The notes below the pieces were generated by a model. It saw only the letters and a program-made list of their open reading frames with translations. It was not told where the DNA came from and ran no database searches. This document shows positions 39,627 to 49,205 of a DNA stretch of 64,000 nt, one piece after another. How positions within the stretch are numbered: the stretch's first letter is position 1; each line of letters begins with the position of its first letter. This stretch comes from an uncultured Actinomycetota bacterium (lineage in GTDB: Bacteria > Actinomycetota > Actinomycetes > Propionibacteriales > Nocardioidaceae): contig CAWFYK010000002.1 of the NCBI GenBank assembly GCA_963820035.1, positions 724,524 through 788,523 on the forward strand, read 5' to 3'. Made by a program: the position numbers and the translations under genes.

Positions 39627-40952
39627 GTGCACACGACGGGTCTGCTGACCGACCACTACGAGCTCACGATGGTGCAAGCGGCGCTTCGATCGGGCACCGC
39701 CGAGCGGTCGAGCGTCTTCGAGGTGTTCGCCCGCCGGCTGCCGGACGGCCGTCGTTACGGTGTCGTCGCCGGGACCGGCCGGATCCTCGATGCGCTCTCG
39801 TCGTTCCGCTTCGACTCCTCCCAGCTCGGCTGGCTCGCCGACAACGGCATCGTCGACGAGCCGACGCTGGAATGGCTGTCCCGCTACCACTTCAGTGGCA
39901 CGATCTCCGGCTACGGCGAGGGCGACGCCTACTTCCCGGGCAGCCCGATCCTGGTGGTCGAGGCCAGCTTCGCCGAGGGAGTGCTGCTCGAGACGCTGAT
40001 CCTGTCGATCCTCAACCACGACTCGGCCGTGGCATCAGCGGCATCTCGGATGAGCCGGGCTGCTGAGGGGCGGCCGTGCATCGAGATGGGCTCCCGCCGT
40101 ACCCACGAGCGGGGAGCGGTCGCGGCCGCCCGAGCCGCCTACATCACGGGCTTCTCGGCGACCTCGAACCTGCAGGCCGGTCTCGACTACGGCGTCCCGA
40201 CGGCCGGCACCGCCGCCCACTCGTTCACGCTGCTGCACGACAGTGAGCGCGACGCCTTCACGACCCAGGTCGAGACGCTCGGGCGGGGTACGACGCTGCT
40301 CGTCGACACCTACGACGTCGGGGAGGCGGTGAAGACGGCCATCGACGTCGCGGGACCCGAGCTGGGCGCGGTGCGGATCGACTCAGGCGACCTGAGCCTG
40401 CTCGCCAAGCAGGTACGCCGCCAGCTCGACGAGCTCGGTGCGACGGCGACCCGCATCATCGTGACGAGCGACTTGGACGAGTTCTCGATCGCCGGGCTCT
40501 CCGGCGCCCCCGTGGACGGCTACGGCGTGGGGACCTCCCTCGTCACCGGCTCCGGCTCCCCCACGTGCGGGTTCGTCTACAAGCTCGTCGCGCGGGCGCT
40601 GTCCGGCGAGCCAGGCGGCACGCTGCTCCCGGTCGCGAAGAAGAGCAGCCACAAGATGAGCGTGGGCGGCCGCAAATGGGCGGTCCGGCGATGTGACGCT
40701 CGCGGCAACGCCGTCGCCGAGGTGCTCGGGGTGGGCGAGCTGCCCGCCCTCGACTCGAACGAACGGCCGCTGCTCGTCCCGCTCGTGAGCGGCGGCGAGG
40801 TCGTCGGTCGGGAGACGCTCGACGACGCCCGGGCACGCCATGAACGCGCGATGGCGGAGCTGCCGGTCGAGGCCGGCAAGCTGTCGCACGGCGAGCCGGC
40901 GATCGACACCGAGTTCGTCATCCCCGACCCAGCCGCCGCCGCCCGCTCGTAG
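39627..40952 (+). CDS. pncB: Nicotinate phosphoribosyltransferase
   Basis: LLTDHYELTMVQAAL, FEVFARRLP, EMGSRRTH, GTAAHSF, VRIDSGDL. Confidence 0.9.
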   Translation: MHTTGLLTDHYELTMVQAALRSGTAERSSVFEVFARRLPDGRRYGVVAGTGRILDALSSFRFDSSQLGWLADNGIVDEPTLEWLSRYHFSGTISGYGEGDAYFPGSPILVVEASFAEGVLLETLILSILNHDSAVASAASRMSRAAEGRPCIEMGSRRTHERGAVAAARAAYITGFSATSNLQAGLDYGVPTAGTAAHSFTLLHDSERDAFTTQVETLGRGTTLLVDTYDVGEAVKTAIDVAGPELGAVRIDSGDLSLLAKQVRRQLDELGATATRIIVTSDLDEFSIAGLSGAPVDGYGVGTSLVTGSGSPTCGFVYKLVARALSGEPGGTLLPVAKKSSHKMSVGGRKWAVRRCDARGNAVAEVLGVGELPALDSNERPLLVPLVSGGEVVGRETLDDARARHERAMAELPVEAGKLSHGEPAIDTEFVIPDPAAAARS

Positions 40953-40956
40953 TACC

Positions 40957-41402
40957 CCGACGATCCGAGACTTTCGGCACCACCATCCGAGAGTTTTGGT
41001 ACGACCATCCGAGAGTTTCGGCACCACCATCCGAGAGTTTCGGTACGACGATCCGAGAGTTCCGGCACCACCATCCGAGAGTTCTGGCACCACCATCCGA
41101 GAGTTCTGGTACGACGATCCGAGAGTTCCGGCACCACGATCCGAGAGTTCCGGCACCACCATCCGAGAGTTCCGGCACCACCATCCGAGAGTTCCGGCAC
41201 CACCATCCGAGAGTTCCGGCACCACCATCCGAGAGTTCCGGCACCACCATCCGAGAGTTCCGGCACCACCATCCGAGAGTTCCGGCACCACCATCCGAGA
41301 GTTCCGGCACCACCATCCGAGAGTTCCGGCACCACCATCCGAGAGTTCTGGCACCACCATCCGAGAGTTCTGGCACGACGATCCGAGACTTCCGGCACCA
41401 CC
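40957..41402. repeat. R22-B composite copy 2, left arm: 20 tandem 22-bp units
   Basis: ATCCGAG anchor at 40963 + 22n (n=0..19) with no phase slips. Eight consecutive units (41161-41336) are identical. The array starts 4 bp after the pncB stop. Confidence 0.95.
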
Positions 41403-41666
41403 ATGGCCGGCTGCGGGGTCCCCTCTGTCAAGCGGCGTGCGTTGGTCGGGACGTGAAGAACAGCGGTGACGGCGGCTTTCGAGCTGCTCGTGTTGGTATG
41501 GCGCCGCGCGTCTGGGCCGGTGAACACAATCACGTTCGCAAACAAAGAAGTTCGGCGCCAGTGCGACGGAACCACCTCGAGGGCCGTTGCGTCACTGCCG
41601 TTGTTCACGTCCCGAGCAACGCACGCCGCCTGAAGGAAGCGACCCGCAATCGGGCTGTGCCGCAGG
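41403..41666. other. R22-B 264-bp core, copy 2
   Basis: Base-for-base equal (by eye) to 34661-34924 at a constant offset of 6,742. Inverted arms at 41429-41471 and 41590-41632 are 38/43 complementary. Confidence 0.85.
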
Positions 41667-41828
41667 GTCGGATCGTGGTGCCGGAACTCTCGGATCGTGG
41701 TGCCGGAACTCTCGGATCGTGGTGCCGGAACTCTCGGATCGTACCAAAACTCTCGGATCGCCTACCGAACTCTGGATCGCTACAAAACTCTCGGATCGTA
41801 TCGTCGTACCAAAACTCTCGGATCGTCG
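41667..41828. repeat. R22-B composite copy 2, right arm: about 7 units, progressively degenerate
   Basis: TCGGATCG at 41668, 41690, 41712 and 41734 is in phase. After that come irregular units at 41753, 41771 (TCTGGATCG), 41791 and 41818. Confidence 0.85.
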
Positions 41829-41829
41829 A

Positions 41830-41850
41830 GGGAGGGGAGGGAGGGGAGGG
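41830..41850 (+). other. G-quadruplex-type motif GGGAGGGGAGGGAGGGGAGGG
   Basis: Five G3-4 runs separated by single A residues, between the right arm and the DUF1697 stop codon (41851-41853). Confidence 0.6.
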
Positions 41851-42402
41851 TCAGGTGAGGGTGGGGGACGGCGCGGCCCACTTGTCGGCGAGGGCGGTGA
41901 CGACCTTCCAGTCGCGGCTCGTCGCGGCGAGCCCGGCTAGCTTCTCGATCCGCGCGTTGTTGGCCTTGGCCTCGTGGGAGGGCTTGGCGAGCCACATGTG
42001 GAGGTCGCGGCCGACCAGCTGCAGCCGCTCGCCGTCGACGTCCCAGCCGTTCAGTCGCTTCGTCGCCTCCGCTGCAGGCTCAGACCGCAGGAAGCTCAGA
42101 TAGTGCCGGGCGTCGTCGCCCAGCGGGTTGTCCGGGGCGGACTCGACGATGGCCCGGAGCTGCTTCGGCGTCCGCACCAGGGCCGGCACGGCGAACCCGA
42201 GCTGCTCCTCCAGCGCCGTCTCCATCATCGTCTCCACCTTCGCGGTGGACCTGGCCCGCGAGACGACGCACACGTTGCCGCTCTGGATGTGCGTCTCCAC
42301 CTCCGTGAAGCCGGCGTCGACGAGATGACCACGGAGCGCCTCCATCTTCACGAAACGGCCGCCCACGTTGACCGCTCGGAGGAACGCGATGTACGTCGCC
42401 AT
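41851..42402 (-). CDS. DUF1697-domain protein
   Basis: MATYIAFLRAVNVGGRFVKMEALR...VETHIQSGNV. The part of ORF 41851..42600 upstream of this Met is not needed. Confidence 0.7.
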   Translation of the reverse strand: MATYIAFLRAVNVGGRFVKMEALRGHLVDAGFTEVETHIQSGNVCVVSRARSTAKVETMMETALEEQLGFAVPALVRTPKQLRAIVESAPDNPLGDDARHYLSFLRSEPAAEATKRLNGWDVDGERLQLVGRDLHMWLAKPSHEAKANNARIEKLAGLAATSRDWKVVTALADKWAAPSPTLT

Positions 42403-42589
42403 GGCGGCCAAGCCTACCCAGACACGGCCCGGCCCGCCGTCGGCGTCAGCCTCCCCCGAGCATCGCCTTGAGGAAGCCGACGACGTCTCACGGATGCCTC
42501 CTGGGTGCCGTGAGTGACCGTCTCTGATCTTCTGCCCGACCCCACGCCTGGTCAAGACATCGTTCCGAGACCCTTCTCTGATCGCGCGG

Positions 42590-43438
42590 TCAGGTGACAT
42601 CGCGTCTCCGCGCTACCAGGATCGTCAGCGCCCAGCAGCCCACGACATAGCAGACCAACGTGATCAGAGAGCGGCCCTCCGTGACGCTGTCGTTGACGCC
42701 CGGTGGCGGGTCGAGCACCCGGGCCGGCATCACCGACGTCACGAGGGAGCCGGCGTTCACCCCAGGGAGTACGTCGCGAATGGGACTGAGCGCCGTCAGC
42801 ACCGAGGACGCCATGCCCGAGACCAGGTTCTCGATGCCGAGCACCCAGACCACGCCCAGCCCGATCGGCAGCGCCACTCCTCGCAGGATGACACCCATGA
42901 CGGCGCCCAAAGACGCCCAGACGACCAGCACGAGCCAGCCGGCGCCGATCCCGGAGACCAGGTCGCCGAGCGCGGGGAAGTTCAGCGGCTTCGTCTCGCC
43001 GAGAGCGATGGTGGTCGAGGTGACCGCACCGAACGTGAGCTGCGCCAGCACGGCCACCAGAGTTGCCGCCGCAATCGCCAGCAGCTGCCCGACCATCACG
43101 GCTGACCGCGCCGGACGCTGGGTGAGCTGGGTCTTGACCGTCCCCCAGCCGTATTCGCTCCCCGAGATCAGCGCGCCCAGCACGAGCGCCAGCGCTCCGG
43201 CGAACACGGGGAACCCGCTGAGCGTGTTGCCGACCAGCTGGGCCGGCAGCGTGGACGCCAACAGATCGGCCGGGGTGGCGCCCTCATCGAGCTTGTTTCC
43301 CCCGGTGTAGGAGAGGAACGGGATCAGGTAGCTGAAGATCTGGTTGAGCACGATGGCAGCGACCAGCAGCACCCAGGCGGCCGGCCGGCGTACCAGCTTG
43401 AACAGCTCTGCCCTGCTCACAGCGACGATGTCAGACAT
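42590..43438 (-). CDS. ABC-2 type transporter permease
   Basis: MSDIVAVSRAELFKLVRRPAAWVLL..., six TM segments by eye. The start overlaps the ATPase stop. Confidence 0.7.
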   Translation of the reverse strand: MSDIVAVSRAELFKLVRRPAAWVLLVAAIVLNQIFSYLIPFLSYTGGNKLDEGATPADLLASTLPAQLVGNTLSGFPVFAGALALVLGALISGSEYGWGTVKTQLTQRPARSAVMVGQLLAIAAATLVAVLAQLTFGAVTSTTIALGETKPLNFPALGDLVSGIGAGWLVLVVWASLGAVMGVILRGVALPIGLGVVWVLGIENLVSGMASSVLTALSPIRDVLPGVNAGSLVTSVMPARVLDPPPGVNDSVTEGRSLITLVCYVVGCWALTILVARRRDVT

Positions 43439-44432
43439 GGTGCACCTCGCGATCTGTCCCGATGTCCGTCGACGTCGCCGTCGACGTGGCCTCGTCATGG
43501 TGTCCGGTCATCTCCATGAAGACGTCCTCGAGCTCGCGCTCCTCGCGCCTCAGCTCGGTGACGGCGATTCCGGCGGTGACGAGACAGCGCGCCAGCTCGG
43601 CCGTATGTCGGCTGTCCATCTCGACCCGGAGGGTGCCGTCCACGACCCGCACGGACCGCACCTCGGGCCTGGCCTCGACCAGCTCGCGAGCCCGATCGGA
43701 CGGCGCCGCGGACACGACGAGCTCGCCGTGTCCGCGCAACTCGTCGACGGAGCTCTCCGCGATGATCCGGCCGCGATCGATGACGGCGACGCGGTCGCAG
43801 ATCTGCTGCACCTCGCCCATCAGGTGGCTCGAGAGCAGCACGGTCCGACCCTCCGCTCCCAGGCGGCGGATCAGTCCCCTCATGTCGCGCATGCCGGCCG
43901 GGTCCAGCCCGTTGGTCGGCTCGTCAAGCACGACGACCTGCGGGTCCTTCAGGAGTGCCGCGGCGACTCCGAGCCGCTGCTTCATCCCGAGGGAGTACGT
44001 CGCATAGCGGTCATCGCCTCGCTCGGTCAGCGACACCAGGCTCAACGCCTCCTCTATCGCAGCGGACGGGAGGCCGCCGTAGCGGGCCAGCACCCGCAGG
44101 TTGTCCCGGCCGGACAGGAAGGGGTAGAACGCGGGCCCCTCAATGAGGGCACCGACTCTCGCCAGCGCCTCCGATGTCCCCGGGTTCTGACCGAGCACGG
44201 AGACGGTGCCGCCTGTTGGCCTGATCAGCCCGAGCAGCATCCGCAGTGTCGTGGTCTTCCCTGCGCCGTTCGGGCCGAGGAAGCCGTAGATCTCGCCGCT
44301 TCGCACGGTGAGGCTGATCGAGTCCACTGCGCGGATCTCACCGCGACGGCGGGCTCCTTGATTGCCTCGACGGCGTTTCCGTGAAGCGCCATAGGTCTTC
44401 GACAGGTCGTGCGCGACAACGGTGTCGGTCAT
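43431..44432 (-). CDS. ABC transporter ATP-binding protein
   Basis: Walker A GPNGAGKTT, signature YSLGMKQRL, Walker B VVVLDEPTNGLD. Confidence 0.9.
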   Translation of the reverse strand: MTDTVVAHDLSKTYGASRKRRRGNQGARRRGEIRAVDSISLTVRSGEIYGFLGPNGAGKTTTLRMLLGLIRPTGGTVSVLGQNPGTSEALARVGALIEGPAFYPFLSGRDNLRVLARYGGLPSAAIEEALSLVSLTERGDDRYATYSLGMKQRLGVAAALLKDPQVVVLDEPTNGLDPAGMRDMRGLIRRLGAEGRTVLLSSHLMGEVQQICDRVAVIDRGRIIAESSVDELRGHGELVVSAAPSDRARELVEARPEVRSVRVVDGTLRVEMDSRHTAELARCLVTAGIAVTELRREERELEDVFMEMTGHHDEATSTATSTDIGTDREVHHV

Positions 44433-44686
44433 CGCTGCTCCTTCAGCACGGCAAGACGTTCGCGGTACTCCTGCTCGTCGATCTCACCGGCGGCATAGCG
44501 CTCGGCCAGCCGTGCCTGGCCAGCCTGGCTGCCGGCCATCCGGAAGCGCCGACGACCGCCGACCACAAAGAACCAGATGACGGCACCGAGGAAGAGCAAC
44601 CACAGCAGCGGGAACACCGGCCACCAGGCCGGTCCGTTCCACTGGTCGGAGTGGGCGAGCAGGGTCGGGTTCGCAAGAAGCAGCAT
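44429..44686 (-). CDS. SHOCT-domain small membrane protein
   Basis: One TM segment plus C-terminal LAERYAAGEIDEQEYRERLAVLK (SHOCT). The stop overlaps the ABC ATPase start. Confidence 0.7.
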   Translation of the reverse strand: MLLLANPTLLAHSDQWNGPAWWPVFPLLWLLFLGAVIWFFVVGGRRRFRMAGSQAGQARLAERYAAGEIDEQEYRERLAVLKEQR

Positions 44687-44865
44687 CGAAGACTCCAGAA
44701 GTGAGGGAAAGGAACGCCTCCAAGCCTGTCCAGCAAGGCCCCTGCCGTCGTCGCCCCTCGGACGCGACCAAGGCTGCCGCGGTGGGCGCAGGTGCGCGTC
44801 GGCCGACTACGCCGATGGGAGTAGTCGGCAGTGCCAGCCCGGCCGGACGACGTACGACGGGGTGG

Positions 44866-45531
44866 TCAGCCCGACCAGCCGGGCCGGACAAGCCCGCTCT
44901 CGTAGGCCATCACGACGAGCTGGGCCCGGTCGCGCGCCTGCAGCTTCGTCATCGCGCGGCTCACGTGGGTCTTGGCGGTCGCCGGGCTGAGCACCAGACG
45001 CATCGCGATCTCGTGGTTGCTCAAGCCCTCCCCGACCAACGCTACGACCTCCCGCTCGCGGTCGGTGAGCGGGTCGAGGAGCTCGGGCGCGACGCTTCGC
45101 CGGCTGCGGTTGGCGAACTCCGAGATCAGCCGTCGGGTGACCCCGGGCGACAGCAGAGCATCGCCGGCTGCGACCGCGCGTACCCCCGCGAGCATCTCAG
45201 CGGGCTCGGTGTCCTTCACCAAGAAGCCGCTGGCACCGATTCGGACCGCTTCGAACACGTACTCGTCGAGGTCGAACGTGGTCAGGATGACGACGCGGGT
45301 GTCGCCGAGGGCCGGGTCCGCGACGATCTGCCTGGTCGCCTCCAGGCCATCCATGCCAGGCATCCGGATGTCCATCAGGACGACGTCCGGGCGGGTCGCG
45401 CTCACGACGTCGACCGCCTCCTGGCCGGTCGACGCCTCCCCCACGACGTCGATGTCGTGCTCGGCGTCGATCAGGGCGCGCAGCCCGGCCCGCAGCAGTG
45501 CTTGGTCGTCGGCCAGCACGACCCGGATCAC
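44866..45531 (-). CDS. NarL/LuxR-family response regulator
   Basis: IRVVLADDQALLRAGL, DVVLMDIRMPGMDG, LTDREREVVALVGEGLSNHEIAMRLVLSPATAKTHVSRAM. Confidence 0.9.
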   Translation of the reverse strand: MIRVVLADDQALLRAGLRALIDAEHDIDVVGEASTGQEAVDVVSATRPDVVLMDIRMPGMDGLEATRQIVADPALGDTRVVILTTFDLDEYVFEAVRIGASGFLVKDTEPAEMLAGVRAVAAGDALLSPGVTRRLISEFANRSRRSVAPELLDPLTDREREVVALVGEGLSNHEIAMRLVLSPATAKTHVSRAMTKLQARDRAQLVVMAYESGLVRPGWSG

Positions 45532-46814
45532 GGCGGATCCTCGCGAGAGAGCGGCAGCGTCGCGCGGATCAGCACGCCCCCAGTCGTGGCACGGCCGACG
45601 GTCAAGGTGCCGCCCAAGGCAGCGGCGCGCTCGTGCATCCCGCGAAGCCCGCTTCCCGTCGGCTCCGGCCAGCCGGGTTCGGCGCCGCCGGCCACGACGC
45701 CTGCGCCGTCTCCGTCGTCGTCGATCTCGACCACGAGTACGTCGGGGCGGTAGTCGAGCCGGACCTCCGCCCGGGCGGCTCCCGCATGTCGGATCACGTT
45801 GGTGACCGCCTCCTGGATGATCCGAAACGCAGCCAGCTCGACGGCCGTCGGCAGCGGTTGAACGTCCCCGTCGACCCTGGTGCGAAGATCCAGGCCGGCG
45901 AGCGCGCTGCGCTCGACGAGGTCGGGCAGCGAACCGAGCATCGCGGTGGGGCTGCGGGGCGCCCCTTCAGCCTCGTCGCGCAGAACCCCCACGAGGCTGC
46001 GGAGCTCCACGAGTGCCTCTTTGCTCGCCTCCTTGATGACGCCGAGGGCGGTCTCGACCTGGTCCGGACGGCGTTCCACCAGATGCAGCGCCACGCCTGC
46101 CTGCACGTTGATGAGCGACATGTGGTGGGCGACGACGTCGTGCAGCTCGCGAGCGATGCGCAGTCGCTCCTCGTTTGCCTGCCGACGCCCCGTCTCCCGG
46201 CGTGCCGCGCTGGCCGCGACCCACCGCTCGCGTCTGATCCGAACCGCCTCCGCAGCGGTGAGGATCACCAGTCCCCACGCCGCGACGCCGAGCGCCTCCC
46301 CCCAGGTGACCTGCTCGTCCAGCAGCCAAGAACGAGCGACGAGATGGCCGGCGTACAGCACGACGAAGCCCGACCAAGCGGCGAGCCGGTGGCCCGACAC
46401 GAGCGCAGCGAACAAGGCGATGGCCGCGCTCACGACGACCGGACCGTAGGGATAGCCGCGCAGCAGGTAGGCCAGGGTCGCCGCGAGGACGACCCACATG
46501 ACGGCGACCGGCTGGCGTCGTACCCACAGCAGCGCAACAGGACCAACCAGGGCGAGCAGCCAGGCGAGCGCGTCCAGGCTCCTTGCGCCGGTCTGGTGCC
46601 GGGAGGCGCCTATCGTCCCGACGACGACGAAGACCGCGAGCACGAGCGGACCCACGAACCCGATCCGCGGCGGCCGTCCCGGCCGGTCGGACCGGGCTCG
46701 CCAGTCCGCCCGCCACCGCTCGTCGGGCCGACCGGGCCCGGCAGCCCGCCAGGCCACGTCCGATCGCCCCGCTCCGTCGGGCTGGTCGGGGGATCGGCCC
46801 GCGGTCGTGGTCAC
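45528..46814 (-). CDS. Sensor histidine kinase (HisKA_3 / DesK-LiaS type)
   Basis: N-terminal TM segments, H-box ERLRIARELHDVVAHHMS, HATPase motifs QEAVTNVIRHAG...DDGDG...GSGLRGMHERA. Confidence 0.85.
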   Translation of the reverse strand: MTTTAGRSPDQPDGAGRSDVAWRAAGPGRPDERWRADWRARSDRPGRPPRIGFVGPLVLAVFVVVGTIGASRHQTGARSLDALAWLLALVGPVALLWVRRQPVAVMWVVLAATLAYLLRGYPYGPVVVSAAIALFAALVSGHRLAAWSGFVVLYAGHLVARSWLLDEQVTWGEALGVAAWGLVILTAAEAVRIRRERWVAASAARRETGRRQANEERLRIARELHDVVAHHMSLINVQAGVALHLVERRPDQVETALGVIKEASKEALVELRSLVGVLRDEAEGAPRSPTAMLGSLPDLVERSALAGLDLRTRVDGDVQPLPTAVELAAFRIIQEAVTNVIRHAGAARAEVRLDYRPDVLVVEIDDDGDGAGVVAGGAEPGWPEPTGSGLRGMHERAAALGGTLTVGRATTGGVLIRATLPLSREDPP

Positions 46815-46893
46815 CCTTGCACGCTAAGCGAGAACGTGGCGAGTGTCATCGCCTCCCCGGCCGAGTGCCTGCTACTCCCCCGGGAGTACCGCC

Positions 46894-47047
46894 CCGTCGA
46901 GCCGTCACCTTCTTACCGCCGAACCGTCACCTTCTTACCGCCGAACCGTCACCTTCTTACCGCCGAACCGTCACCTTCTTACCGCCGAACCGTCACCTTC
47001 TTACCGCCGAACCGTCACCTTCTTACCGCCGAACCGTCAAGAAGTTC
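46894..47047. repeat. R22-A left arm, locus 2: 7 units (1 degenerate, 5 perfect CCGCCGAACCGTCACCTTCTTA, 1 terminal variant)
   Basis: Perfect units start at 46916 + 22n (n=0..4). The terminal variant CCGCCGAACCGTCAAGAAGTTC (47026-47047) is the same as at locus 1. Confidence 0.95.
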
Positions 47048-47090
47048 CCAGTACGACGCCCCGCGCGGGAGCGTCATATCGTTGGCCGAC

Positions 47091-47288
47091 GGAACAAACC
47101 TGACGGCTCGACCGGAAGAACATGACGGCTCGACCGGAACAACCTGACGGCTCGACCGCAACAACCTGACGGCTCGACCGGAACAACCTGACGGCTCGAC
47201 CGGAAGAACATGACGGCTCGACCGGAAGAACCTGACGGCTCGACCGGAACAACCTGACGGCTCGACCGGAAGAACATGACGGCTCGCC
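47091..47288. repeat. R22-A right arm, locus 2: 9 units GGAAGAACATGACGGCTCGACC / GGAACAACCTGACGGCTCGACC
   Basis: TGACGG anchor at 47101 + 22n (n=0..8). The array ends 5 bp before the hppD stop codon (47294-47296). Confidence 0.95.
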
Positions 47289-47293
47289 GGAGG

Positions 47294-49192
<1,899 letters not shown>

Positions 49193-49205
49193 CTAGAGTC
49201 CTCGG

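Noticed and set aside
40957-41402. CRISPR array (regular short repeats at 22.4, 34.4-35.2, 40.9-41.8, 10.7-11.0 and 46.9-47.3 kb)
   Set aside because: The units are contiguous, with a period of exactly 22 bp and no unique spacers between them. No cas genes are present in the window. Mirrored arms are not a CRISPR feature.
40383-41608. Long ORFs encoding 22-aa periodic 'repeat proteins' (for example 40383..41360 at 325 aa, 40577..41608 at 343 aa, 34423..35316 at 297 aa, 22248..22799, 46583..47125)
   Set aside because: - The periodicity is simply 3 x 22 bp.
- Several frames on both strands are open at once.
- The composition (W/C/R/S-rich) is not protein-like.
- The ORFs run through the non-coding core and into neighbouring genes.
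41440-41615. parS-like centromere in the R22-B core (ACGTGAAGAACA ... TGTTGTTCACGT resemble parS half-sites TGTTTCAC/GTGAAACA)
   Set aside because: The two halves are about 150 bp apart and each carries an insertion relative to parS. No contiguous 16-bp parS palindrome is present.
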